Assembly (NCBI GenBank): GCA_905178155.1
Contig: CAJINV010000001.1
Location: 14,632,142-14,696,141 of the forward strand
Origin: Amoebophrya sp. A120
Lineage: Eukaryota > Protista > Dinoflagellata
Direction of reading: 5' to 3'
DNA: 64,000 nt
In this document: in pieces, positions 37,128 through 49,572 of the stretch
Layout: every line of letters begins with the position of its first letter
How positions within the stretch are numbered: position 1 is the stretch's first letter
The notes under the pieces: model-generated
What the model was told of the DNA's origin: nothing
Databases searched by the model: none
Seen by the model: the letters and a program-made list of their open reading frames with translations, nothing else
Made by a program: the position numbers and the translations under genes

Positions 37128-37913
37128 CTTTCTCGCCTTCGACAAATAAGTTCTCAATTAAGTTGCAAAGACGACGTCATCTCGTTACATTCTGCGCTCC
37201 ACCTGGGGCCGGCGGCCTCACCAGCGTCACAATCGTCATAACCGTCCGGCGTCCTCCGCCGTGCACTCACTTTCACTCGTCGCCCTCCCTAGAAGCAAAA
37301 AAGAGCCTCGTCTCTTTTAGAAGGATAGCTTTGCTCTTTCGAAAGGCTTCGACACTGGCTGCAATGATAATGAAGCTACCGTGTGAGCTAACTCGCAGAA
37401 TGCTTTGGCTATGAGAAAGCTCTCATTTTCTTGTTTGTTCTCAGAGTTTTTTGGTTTCACTTTTGCGTCAAATTTATTGTATTGTAGTCGTCCTCCTCGC
37501 TTCAGTTTCACCAAATACCAGCATCAAATTTATAGACATGATGAAGTAGAAAAAGAGAAACTCAGGGCTGCAAATAACAGATGTCATGTTTTTACTCGCA
37601 ACCCAATCTAAGATGAAACTAGATTCCGTCAAAAATTGATACAATGTGAAAACGTAAATTATTGAAAATATCATGTAGTTGCCAAGCATCTGAAACCGTC
37701 ATACGCATACCCCATCTTCAAACAATATGTATCCAAAACGACCAAATTTCATAACTTTTGAAGCGACACCATTGAGTACCGTCACCGTTGGCTTTAGAAG
37801 TACAGAGACAGACTAAAAAATCTTTGCAACTGAAACAAAAAACTTGTAGTTGTACGGTGAAAAATGTTAATAAGGCCAAAAAAAAACAAAACACTTCAAC
37901 CAACTCGCAACAC

Positions 37914-38069
37914 CCAACCAACTACCCGACCCCAACCAACTACCCGACCCCAACCAACTCCACGACCCCAACCAACTCCACGACCCCAACCAACTCCGCG
38001 ACCCCAACCAACTCCGTGACCTCAACCAACTCCGCGACCTCAACCAACTCCGCGACCTCAACCAACTCC
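37914..38069. repeat. 18-bp minisatellite (CCAACCAACTCCGCGACC), ~9 units
   Basis: Read directly; variants change progressively along the array. Confidence 0.95.
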
Positions 38070-38091
38070 GGGGCCGCGACCTCTGGCGGAA

Positions 38092-38265
38092 ATCCTGCAA
38101 CTTCGCATCCTGCAGCTTCGCATCCTGCAGCTTCGCATCCTGCAACTTCGCATCCTGCAACTTCGCATCCTGCAACTTCGCATCCTGCAACTTCGCATCC
38201 TGCAACTTCGCATCCTGCAACTTCGCATCCTGCAACTTCGCATCCTGCAACTTCGCATCCTGCAA
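38092..38265. repeat. 15-bp minisatellite (ATCCTGCAACTTCGC), ~11.5 near-perfect units
   Basis: Read directly; two adjacent units share an A>G variant. Confidence 0.95.
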
Positions 38266-38370
38266 TCATCCTGCCCCATAATTTCCTGCCCCCAACTGCC
38301 CCCCTCCCCCAATACGCCCGCCCCGAGGTAGGGTCGCCAGAATACCTCTGCTAAAAACCGCGCTGCGGAA

Positions 38371-38559
38371 AAAAACAGGCGCGGCAAAAGAAAATAGTCA
38401 ATAAGAACCACTCCCCACGACTGCGTCGTGGGGCAAGCATTGTATTTGTTCTTCCCGTCGATTGTGAAAGAAGAAAGAACTTCACTGCCGCACCGGAAAA
38501 CAAGGAGTGAGATCTGCGCACAACGAAAAACAGGCGCGGCAAAAGAAAATAGTCAATAA
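38371..38559. repeat. 34-bp perfect direct repeat flanking a 121-bp segment that contains a 9-bp hairpin
   Basis: AAAAACAGGCGCGGCAAAAGAAAATAGTCAATAA at 38371-38404 and 38526-38559; CCCCACGAC-TGC-GTCGTGGGG at 38413-38433. Confidence 0.9.
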
Positions 38560-40285
38560 ATATAAAGAAAGGGCGGCGGGCCGCTCTAGGGCAGGGCCTC
38601 CGGGACCGCCCGGCGGGCCGCGGGCGCGCCCGCCTGCACTTCGGGTGGCCAATTGCCGCCCGATCGAGCCGAAATCGCGGGGCCCCGCGCGCCCGCCCTT
38701 GCATTGGTCCAAGCAGGAACGAAAGGCCTTGGGCGTGCGCGTGGGGCATGCAAGGGGCGCGCGAGGTGATAGGAAAGGCGGAACAAGTTGCCGCGCGGCC
38801 GCTTCGACAATGGCGCCCGGGGGCGGCGCGCGCCCAATCGGATGCCCAGGCAAAGGGGGCGGGAACATCAGACAGGAAGAGATGGCGCGGCGGGCAATGC
38901 AGAAGAGGGAAGGGGCGGCATGCCCGGGCGCCCGTCCTTCCGCGGCCTTTTGCAGCATCCACGCAAAGAAGCAAAAACCTTACCAAGCTGCGCGGATTCG
39001 TTTGCCTTTGTCCGTTGTCAAATACCAGAAGGCCGGGGCCCCTTCCTTCCTTGGGGTGGGTGCGCGGCAAAAAGAGAAGGGGCCGATGGGCGCCCGCTTG
39101 CCTGCGTGCCAACCTAGGCCCGTGCGCGGCAAAGTACCGAGATGCGGCGGCTACGCGCTTTCCCCGCGGCCAAAGGGATGGGCCCCCGGGTATTTCCGCT
39201 GTGCGAGGGTGGTTGCCCGGGCGAAGGCGGCGCGCTTGCGGATTAGTAAGCTTGGCGCCCCCCGCCCCGGCAAGGCGGGCGGGCCGGGCCCACTTTGTTG
39301 CTTGGGCTCACCTCATTAGATGGCCAGCATGGGTCGGCGCGCGTGCGATCCAAAGAAACAGGCTGGCGCCAGACAAACCACGGACCGACGCCCGGGCCCA
39401 TCCGGCCCTGACTGGGGTGCGAAGAAGGGGGGCGCCACCGAAGCCCGCCGCGAAAATAAAAAAAGGGCCGAGCGGCGCTAGCTTTAAACCACGGCGGCAG
39501 GGGGGGGATTGGGGCTTTCGTATGCGCCGCGCCGTCTGGGGGCGGGGGGCTAGCGAACCAACTCGGGCCCCCCGCCTTCGTTCCTTCCTTCGGACCCGGC
39601 CCGCCGCCCGGTCGATATCTGGCCCACCACTGGCCTCCACCCCCCGCCTTTGGTTCGTTTGTTGCCAAAGGAGACCCTGACCACTTCCATCCCCCCCCGC
39701 CCGCGCGCATGGCGCCCCAAGCCCGGCGGGCCGGTCCGTGCGTCGCCCACTAGGGAAGGCAGGGGGCCCCCGCTTCACGCCCTTCCGCCCGCTAGCTAGG
39801 GGAAACACAGACGGCCCCATCCCCAAGGAAGCTTTGCCGCAAAAGGCCGCGAACACAGGGGGCCCCCCCGCCCCGCCCCCGCCCCTCTCAATGGCGAGGC
39901 GGGCGGCCCCCGCCAATCCCCGTGGTAGCGCAGGGGGCCCCAGCTTCGCACCCTCTCAGCCGCGCCAAGGAACACAGGGGGCCCCCGCCCCCCAGCCAAC
40001 TTCCTCCCGCCGGCCCTTCTCCTCCACCCGCCGGGGGGCCCCGCCCCGTTCGGTCGGTCGCTCGCTTGGGAAGGCAGGGAGCCTTTGCTTCGCACCCGCC
40101 CACCCGCTAGAGGGAAAGCAGGGGGCCACCACCACCCGCCCTTGCGGGCGCAGGCCACGAACGCAGGGGGCCCCCGCCCCTCTCCGTGGTTAAACAGAGG
40201 GCCCGCCCCACCAAGCCCCTGCGGTAACACTGGGGTGCCCCGCCCGCCCCCCAACCTTCCCCCGCCCCGCTCTCTAGCTAGGGGC
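38560..40285. other. Extremely GC-rich tract with internal ~320-bp degenerate duplication (from ~39730 vs from ~40050)
   Basis: GGGAAGGCAGGG...GCTTC...CCCGCTAG...GAAC.CAGGGGGCCCCC occurs twice; the overlapping ORFs are Arg/Pro/Gly/Ala-rich in all frames. Confidence 0.6.
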
Positions 40286-40925
40286 TTTTGTGGTGGGGCG
40301 GTCTTGTTACACCTGGAAGAGTTAGCTACGTGATGCGAGTTCCTAGTGTTAAGTTCGTTACACGGAGGCCAGGACTAGTAGAAGAATGCAGTTGGTGTTC
40401 TATAACGTTTGATACACAAGTCGCTCATTGTTTGTATTCTTCTTCTTGGTAAAAATATCTTCTCTAAAGCCAGCGATGTAGTCATGGCCACGACTCTGCG
40501 AAAGGTTCAGTTCTATTTCTAATATTCAAGAAAGTGACAAAGTTAGTAGACTAAGTTTCGTACTAGTTTGCGTTTAGAGTCAGAGCACAAACGAAAAGTA
40601 CAAGGAAAAGCAGAAATTGAAAACTCGAAAATGAAGCATGGGTATCAACGTCAACCATTCGTCATGATGCCTCTCAGTTTCAACAAAAAGCACAGCTCCT
40701 TACTTTGTCTTTGTCATGCGGAGAACCACTTCCTGCTGCGAGTACGACACGCAGTTTGTAAAAATGCAACCACAACCAGTGCTACAGGATTTCTCTGTGC
40801 GGACAAAACAGTTACAGACAAACAACTAGCTGTACGTACTGCAGACCGTGAATCGACTCCGACTGTTGATGAATCTATCACCGTGCAAGAAAATGCAGCT
40901 CGTTGCAAAAAACCTTATAAATTTT

Positions 40926-43900
40926 TCACGTCTCCATGTCGATCCCAAATTTCTTCGCTAAGTAGTTGCGCAAGGGTTCCCAACCGCCACCGACGCGCAC
41001 CAACGTGTTCTTTCCCCGACTGCGCAGCTGGACCGTGGGGTCGATGTCGCAGAGCGTTTCGCGCAGCCCAAACCGGTACATGCCCTGGCTCAGCTTCTGC
41101 ACGTGCAGCTCCACGCCGGGATTTTTTTCGCGACAACCCAAAATGCAGTCGTAAATGGCATGGTCCACGGGATCGTCGCTCTCGTCTGGCCGAAACATGG
41201 ACAGAGCCGGCGCCACCACGGGACTGCTTGCCCCGTTCAATTCCGAAACGGACGGGGGGCCGAGAGGAGACGCGGCCGCTGCTGGTTCGTCAGATTTGTA
41301 GTTGGTTTCCAGGTAGAGTTTTAACTGCTGTTGTTGCGTGTTTGTCAGCGGGATTCCCGTCTGCCACAAATTGAACAAATAGTTCGCCAACTCCGGACGG
41401 ATCAGCTGCTGCTGCACCGGACCAAGTCGGGAGGCAGATGGAGTCAGTTTCAAGGACGAAGAAGTAGATGACACAGAGGTTGTAGCTAGTCTACTCTGAA
41501 AACTGAGAGGCGCGACAGCTGTGCTGCCCTTGACTTGATGACTCGCGAACGCGGGTGCAGAGGCCGTCGCTATTCCGGGGGCCGGCAACTGAAAACGAAC
41601 AGTGTTGCCGGTCTTCTGATGGGTGGCAGCAGTTTCGGTGGTCGCAACTTCATCCTCCTCGCGGACATCTGGTGCCGATGGCAAGGAAGGAACTTCTTTC
41701 TCTCCTGCTGGTGCTGCGGCAACCACGCCGCTGCCCTTGACAACGCCACGACCAATGGTAGCGTTATTCAGTGTTTCCTTGACCCTGCTACCGACCGCTG
41801 CGAGCGCGGCGCTGGAGGCCCGGGGGAGTGTAATGGAACTTGCCTGCGCCAGAGATGCCGGCGCTTTCAGCCCACTTGCGTTCTTCTTCGTCTCCGCGGT
41901 GGTTGTTGGTGCTTGCTGCTGACCAGCCCGAGAAGACGGTGCAGAAGACGCAACAACCGTGGTTGATGAGGTCGGTAAAGCAGTCTGGGCGGTGAACAAA
42001 ACCGGCGAGGTAGCAGCACTGGTAATTGCACTGGTCTTGGTTTCGACCGTTCTCAAAAGCGGATGAAAAGTGTTGCTTTCATCCCCTTCGTCGGCAACGG
42101 ATGATACTCCGGTGCCATGTGCGCAAACCGCAGCTCCCGGCGCAACTACAACGGGTACCGGTTTTTGATTCGTTTTCGCGTCGTCCCCGCCGCTTTGGCT
42201 TATTTGATCCTTTTCGTCCTTCCCTTGGCTTCCGCCTCCAAAAAAGGAAGACATCGCAGTTGCCAAAAACCCCTGCTTCGATGATCCGGCCGCGGTCTTC
42301 TTCTCGACGATGTGGTGGTCCTCGTGAGCAGCCTCATCACTTTCGATGATCGGCACAGCGCTGGAGGTCGGAACAACGGCACTGGTGGGAGCTTCTGCGT
42401 AGTACATGAGAGGAGGTTGCTGCTGTTGCTGCAGTCCTTGCAATTTTGGGTCTTCAGCGCTGTAGTGGACTCCAGCAGTTCCATCTTCTGCTTTTGTCGG
42501 TGTGGCGACAGCAGCGGCTTTTTCCTCGGTTTTCTGGCAGTTCACCTCCATCTCCTCGAGCTTGTTCTTCCAATCCTGATTCATTTCCTTAAATTGCCGA
42601 TTGTATTTTCCGAAGAAGCTCCCAGGGCTCATCGCGCCTAGACTCACGCTCGCTTCGTCATTCGCATTTTCCGACTTGGATGCAGTTGCAGATGCACCCT
42701 GCTCAGAGTTGCGAGCTGAGGAATTGAGTGGTTGTCGTGAAGAAGTAGTAGATGTGCAACCACGTTCATCCTTATCTCCTGTTGCTGCGTCTACGCATGC
42801 TGTGCTGCCGTCAACTACAATCGCGGGGGCTGCAGTTTTTTCGTCTTCCTGCTTCGCTGGTGAGGAAGAGGAACGCAGCCTCGCGCTTCCGCTTGTTGCC
42901 AGGTGCAGTGGCGGGATTTTTGACAGCGTTACCGCCGGCAACGCGACTTTTGTCGACAGTGACCCGGTGGTCATCAGATTTTTAGACTTGTGCCGAATCG
43001 TTGCCGACAGCTTGAACGGCTTAAGCGCATGCGAGTACTGCGTGAGGCTGGCGCCTTGTTCAGCCTTTTCAACCTCTGGTTCCGTCCTCGAGGCCGATCG
43101 GGGTAACGAGATTTCCCGTGGTTTCTCAACAGATGCAGGCTTTTCATCTTGTTCCTTCTCCTTCAGTTGCATGCCCTGCGGCCGCAGATGAAGGTTACTA
43201 GATGGCATGCCGTGGCCTTCGTCCTTTCCTACTGGCACTTCACTTTCTTCTTCGAGACCACCGTTCTTACCAGCAATCCGACTTTTCAAACCAAGCACCG
43301 GGGAAACGTCGCGGTAATCTCTGAAATTCATGCGCGTAAGCCGAGTGAGCGAGGTATCTCTGATCTGAAGGTGCGGAAACGCAGTCTTCTTACCCCGAAG
43401 CAAGCCCTTCAACGAGCTACCTTGCTGGTTGTAGTTAGGTGAGGACGCACTCCGGATCACCGCGGGCTGTGGCTGTTCTTGCTGTGTCGTGGTTTCAGGC
43501 CCCGATTTTTCTACGACAATCTGCTTGTTCGCTGGAGAAGCGCCGCCCACCTTCTTGCCTTTCGGTTTCGGGCTGGCACTGCGTCGTGCTGCGGGTGATA
43601 CACTTCTACTTGCTGGAGCTTGTTTGTTCTTCACCCTGACGACACTAACTGTCGTTGACAGCGCACCTTTATTCTTGACTAAGGTTGAAGCAGCGGAGCT
43701 TTTTGCAACAGCGCTTGGCAGAACTCCTTCGCTCGTCGTGCCCATTGTTCCTGAGGAGCGTAGCCCGTTAGACCAATTTTCAATCGCGACGTGCACGGGC
43801 AGCGGCGGCGTCATCACCGACGTGGTCACGGGAAGTTGTCCTTTCAACCTGCTCCCGGCCGTGTGTCGGGTCGTTGCCGCGGGCAGTGGAGGCGTTTGGC

Positions 43901-46900
43901 AGCGGCCGGTAGAAGGCGCAGAGGTCGTGGTCTTCGAAACGGTCACGCTTCCGCTTACGGCCGACAAGAGTCGACCCACGGTGTTGGCAAATGTTGGAAG
44001 GCGCGAAGAAAAGCCGACCGCACCAGAAGACGCGCTTCGATTTCCGATTGGAGTTTCCGAACTTTTCACAACGTGATCGACGCACTTCTTCAGTTTATTC
44101 TCGGTTGCAGCAGCGACGCCCACATTTGCCTCCGCGACATCTGTGGCTGGTGCAGTCTCGAAGGCACTGCCTGGCGTGACGGCCAGAGCAGCCGTGCTTG
44201 CACGGGTCTTCTGCTCAGGTGTACGAGGCGTGCTCATTGCTGGTGGTGGTTGATTTGTCGTGGGCACCTTAATATTTGCAGCGTTATTTGCCACAAACTG
44301 TTTCGATGTTGACGTGACTGCGACCGCAACCCCGGGTGCAGGAAATGGTTGGAGCAGAAAGCTTGGCACGCTCACTGCCCGCGTCAACCCAGCCGCCGTC
44401 GGGCGGGTGATTCCGATCGTGTTTCGCGACAGAAGGGCTGGAGCCTGCGTCATGCTGCGAGGTTGCACTGCGGCTGCTGTCGGAAGAACAGCCGGCTTGA
44501 GAACAGAAGCACTGCCCAAACTGTACCGCGGCCAAGCCCCTGCTCGTTGTTCTGCTGAATTGTGGTTCATCTGCCAAACGCGAACGGGCTCCGCAAGAGC
44601 CGGTTGCAATTTCTTCGCGGTGGTCACAACGCTGGAAGGGCGTAGTTTGTTGTTGAAATTGTTATCAAACGGCGCACTGCCTCGAACTGGCGGCGTGAAG
44701 TCTCCGCGTCGCCCGCTCGCCACGGCAGAGTACGGATCTTCTACAAACAGAAAGGCGCTGCTGGCGTCAGTCCCACGTAAGGCATTCGCTGGGGCGAGAT
44801 ACGTCGGCTTCACTCCGCTACCTGAACTTCCCTTCGCAGCGAGTGTGGATGCATGATGATGTTGGTCGTGTTTCCTTGCGTTTTCTCCGTCCGCAAGGAC
44901 CTTATTCCTGTTAGTTTTGCCAGCTTGCGTTGCTAAAACTGGTGAGCAGGGCGACGGCGCGCGTTTCGGCGACTGACTTTTCATCAGCGCACCGCCATGT
45001 TGTCGCCCCGCGGCTGGACTCCGCGTACCCATCTTCCTTGACCGTGCCGGTGATAAGTTATTGCTAGTTCCATGGTCGTGCTGGCGGGCAGCAACAGGCG
45101 AAGTTGAGGTGTTCTGCTTGAACTTCTTTGTCGACGTTGTCAATTGTTCGTCTGCCAGCTTCATGCTGACGTCCATAACGGGATTGCTGGGCGAGGTACT
45201 ACTCGACGAACATGCGAGGACCTGCGACTGCGAGGACACGTGAAAGAGCACGTTGCTGCTCAACGTTTCCGGCGCCTCAGCATTGATCTCTCTGCTGTTT
45301 CGGCGAATCTGCTCCACGACCTGGGACTGCTCCCCTTGATCTTGTTCCTCGCCAGCATGTCGATCATCATGCACGGGTTCTCCATAGTCATGACCATTTT
45401 CTAAAAATGCTCCTCCATGACCGCAACTTTCGTCGCCCTCTTCCCCAAGAAGAACGCGGGCGGAAGAACCTACACCTGGTGTGGGCGAGCACCAAGAGCT
45501 GCTGAGGCTTTTGCTTGGCTCTCCTTCCCGAACCTTGTCGTTAGCGTTAGCTGGACTGCAGCTCCAGTTGTCGTGATTCTGGGTACAACTAGTTCTCGAC
45601 GCTAGGATTGAATTTCCAATCTGAATCTCATTTACTCCCGCGACCATGCGCTGCCCCTGCTCGCACCCTACCGCCGCAGCTATTTTGAACGGCTTCAGCT
45701 CGAAGTGCTTTGAGAGCTCGAACGAGGGCGACACCAGCTGCTTTAGCGGTGCTGGGCTGGTACTCCGGCTGAAGGAGGTATTGACCGCCAAAGTAACGGG
45801 ACTCAAATCCAACCTCGGCACCCGAAGGCTTGTGGGTCGCTCCCCGGTTTTGTTCTCGTACTGAAAGTGCCGTGCGTTATTTTCGCAGGTGTCCAATGGC
45901 GTCAAAATTGTTTGCGGAGGAACTGGGACCTCCTGCGCGCTAATCCGATTCTCAGCTGACGTTCCCCCAGACACTTCACCTGCGCCAGCCGCAAGAGCGT
46001 CACATGGCACCGCAAATTGCTGCGTTTCGCTCGTCGAACCGTTGTCGGCAGGAGAGTGCGAGCTGCTTCCAATGTAGTAGTGCTCGGCTCGCTCCTTGGT
46101 TCGCAAGAGATCGGTGATCACTACGCCGTCGAATTCCTGCGTCACCGTTCCCGTAGGTGATGCTTCTGGATCGTTATTTGCAGCTGCTGCATTTCCATTT
46201 ATTGAAGACGCAGGATCCACCTCCTCGTGCTCCTGCGGCGCAGGCAGCACCGGGACGCGATCTCCAGCAACACGATATCTCGATGCTGTGCTAGACACCG
46301 GGCGGGAGTTGTCGATAGTGTCAAGGCCGAAAATGGTTCCGTAGTCGTTCTCATCGATTGTGGTGTACGAGCTCTTGGGCTCGGCGCGCACGAACTCCTG
46401 CTGGTACTTTCTCGTCGTCTCTACTGTGGCAAAAACTGCTGTAGCCGCGTGTTCGTCGGCAGCAGATTCAGCGGCTTCGTCTTGTTCCGCAAATGACTCC
46501 GATTGGTCCACTACAATCTGAAGGTGCGGCTGTTCTAGTTGCTCGTTAATATCTGCGGTGCAACTCAATTCTCCGACGACAACATCGTGGGACACATCTT
46601 GCTCACCAGCTGCATCTTCGGCAAAAACTGCGACCTTTCCTGTTGCCGGGCTCGCAAGATCTTGCCGCTCACCACAAGCTTCCGGTGCATCCGGCTCGCC
46701 GTCCTCGTCGACCGCCACCGCCTCATCAAACAAGTTACCATCTTGATGGGGGGTATTCGTGGTTTGATCTTCCGTCTTTAAAGGAGAGTCAGTCTTCGAC
46801 TTGCTCGCGCCCTGCTGAGCGAGCAGAACCGGCGTCTGACGCGTCACCGCCACCGCGGGACCCACTCTTGCGCGAGCTTTGTTCGCAGCGGGTTTCTTCG

Positions 46901-49572
46901 CTTTCAGTGTCTGCGGCGAAGGTTTGCCGTTGCGGGTCAGCTCATACAGATCTGCCGTGCTTGTCCGTCGGGAGCCGGACGCCGCATCGCGAGATAATGC
47001 TGGATGAGTGACGTTCTTCGACGTAGCATCCGCTGTTGGTGACACTCCAGTGAGCGTTTGTAGGTACTCCATGTCTGCTTGTCGAAGTTTCGAAACAACG
47101 GGCTGATAGGAGGCGAGAAGGCCGCCGAGATGCTCTGCGGACTTCTTCAGTTGCCCACCTTCGCGCTCGGCTGCGTGATTGGAGTTTGGCGCTTTTGCGG
47201 GCGACGGAGAGCGCTTGTTCACTCCTTGCTTTCCGGGCGATCTGCTGGAGGACTCTGCTCTACTAACAGAAGTGGGTCGACCTGACGGCCGTACCGATGA
47301 AGCCTTTTTCCCTGAAGGAGTACCACTTCCTGGTGCTGCACCATTCGTGTTTGATGGATGGTGGCCCCTTTTGGGTGGAGGCGATCTCGAAGCAGCCGTA
47401 ACACTTGAGACCAAAGAACTGCCACCGCGCTTATTCGTTGGCGAGGCAACGGCCGGCGAGGCTTGTGGCGACCTGGAAGTTGTCGACGCGGGGCGCGAGG
47501 AGCTTCTTGTCGAAGCACCACGCTTCGAAGCTGCGCTGCTGGAGCTGGCGGTGGTGACCACTGATGTCGACATATTCTTCCCGACTTGCCTAACGGTCGC
47601 AGAGGACGACGGTCCGGCTCCCTTCCGGCCCTTCGCGCCTCCCTTCCCGCGCGCTTTGACAGGCTGCAGCTGCGAAGACGATGATGAAGAAGCAAACCGC
47701 CTGCCTCCTTTTCCAGCTTCCGTAGTAATGGTGACGGTAACGCTAGGGGTATCATCTACGTCAGGCTGCTCGTCGACTGCAACTGGAACGTTATCATCGA
47801 GTGCCTCGCCTCGCGACGCTGGGGCTGGCTCATTTTCAGAAATGGGAGCAGGTGCGACTGGAGCAACCGCCCCTTCTTGTTCTTGTGTCGCTGCTGCGTC
47901 ACCAGTTGAGGACTTGGACTGCAGTTGCGACGAGGCCGGGGAACACATCTCCGGTTCCATTACGAACCGTACCCGTCTTTTGTCATTCTCGTCGAGACAC
48001 TCGTCGGACGAGCAGGAAGCTCCTTGCTGTTAGTTTTATATGGTGTTGCAAATTAATACAACTTGTACTAGCAGCTCCTCTATTAATTCATCTGCTTGTT
48101 GTCGATACAGTTAAACGGGATCATCCACATCTTCATCAGGATCAGCAGGAATTGCAATGCAAATGGCTGCATGGGAGTCGAGGAACCAAAAAAACAATAA
48201 ATAAAAGCGAAAGCGCAAAGGCACAGCGGCATAGTTTCTACTTACGTTCTGCATCTCCGCTGGAACGGGTGCGCTAGACCTAGACGCCGGCGCCTCATCT
48301 GAAGAATGCATCAACAAGTCCGCTTCAGTGAGCAGCGGAATCAATTCCACGTCATTTGTTTCATTACCATTTCCCGCCTCAAGCAGAAGGTTCTCGTGCA
48401 TTTTTCTCTCCGCGGCAGCGACTTCTGCAAGCAGCGTTGTTGGTAGATCGGTGTTTTGCACTGTGCAGCTTCCCGGGGGAGTCATGTCCTCATCTTCGCT
48501 CCTGGCGGCGCCGACTCTTGCAACTGCGACCTCCGCGCGCCGTGCTCCCTGCAATGATGTGCAGCTTGCATTTTTCGGGTCAGCTTCGACTTGCAACTCG
48601 AACTCGAACTCGTCCTGTTCCGCCCTGCTAAGTCCGCTCGCGTCTACTTCCACCTGTTCCGCTTGAACGACGTTGTCATCAACCACAGACGGGGACGGGT
48701 TGGAATTTGTCCTCATCGTGGCTTTCGCAACCCACGCCGGTTTGGCGCGGGAAGGGCTGTCTTCTTGATCATGATCATCTGCGTGTTTTACTTCACCTCC
48801 AGAACCAGAACTGCTACCAGCTGCAGCAGCAGACCGAAACGGAAGCTGCAAGAGCGCTGCACTACTCGTCACAGCTGCGGAGTCAAGAGCATCCACTTCA
48901 GGCGCATTCTCAGCGCAGGTTGCGTAGGATTCCGTCGTGCCTGCAGAGCAAGTCAGGTGCTCGTAGTCCTGTGCGCTCAGGATAGAATCCAGCGCCTCCT
49001 GCTCGGCAGCGTTGTAGCCAACTGCCGCAACCAGAAGGTCTTGGACCTGTTCGCGCGGTGGCAAAAGACCGAGATGAATAACCTGACGCTCGTCTGTTGT
49101 ATTCGGTCTTCTTTGTTCAACGGCACCGCCTCGTAGAAAGTTATTTTCCTCGCTGGAAGTCAACGGCATCGCGGGGGGCTGGCGGTCTGCGGCGCTAAAC
49201 GGGTCCAAATTTTCGTCCGTGTCTTCCACCTTTTCGGAAAGGCGTCCGGGAACCGCTTCTACGGCGCCATGCTGATTAGTTCCTGCTGATGCTTCAAGTT
49301 TTGATGTGTTCTCTGATGTCGTCTCCCGCCCGGGATTCGCTGCGTCGCTGCACTGCTCGGCCTGGTGTATTTTTCAGTTGTGTTTCAACACAAGGACAGC
49401 ACAGATCTTCTGACTAGGTGCAGTTACTTTTTACGTTGTCGACAACTCGTCCCTGATAGAAGGAATCAAAATGACATAGTGAAATATTGAAGAGTCTTAC
49501 CCGCGATGGTCTGCTTGGGCTTTGTATTCGTTCCTGCAGGAGTAATGGCGGCGGTATGCCTTCGCAGCTCAT
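40926..49572 (-). CDS. ~2,762-aa low-complexity protein with C-terminal GAS2-related (GAR) microtubule-binding domain
   Basis: Exons 49572-49501, 49361-48246 and 48026-40926 joined by phase-0 GTAAG...CAG introns; C-terminus VQKLSQGMYRFG...TLVRVGGGWEPLRNYL is the GAR signature. Confidence 0.85.

Noticed and set aside
38351-40333. Many overlapping 100-310 aa ORFs in the GC-rich tract
   Set aside because: Stop codons are scarce because of extreme GC content; products are R/P/G/A-rich in all frames with no motifs.
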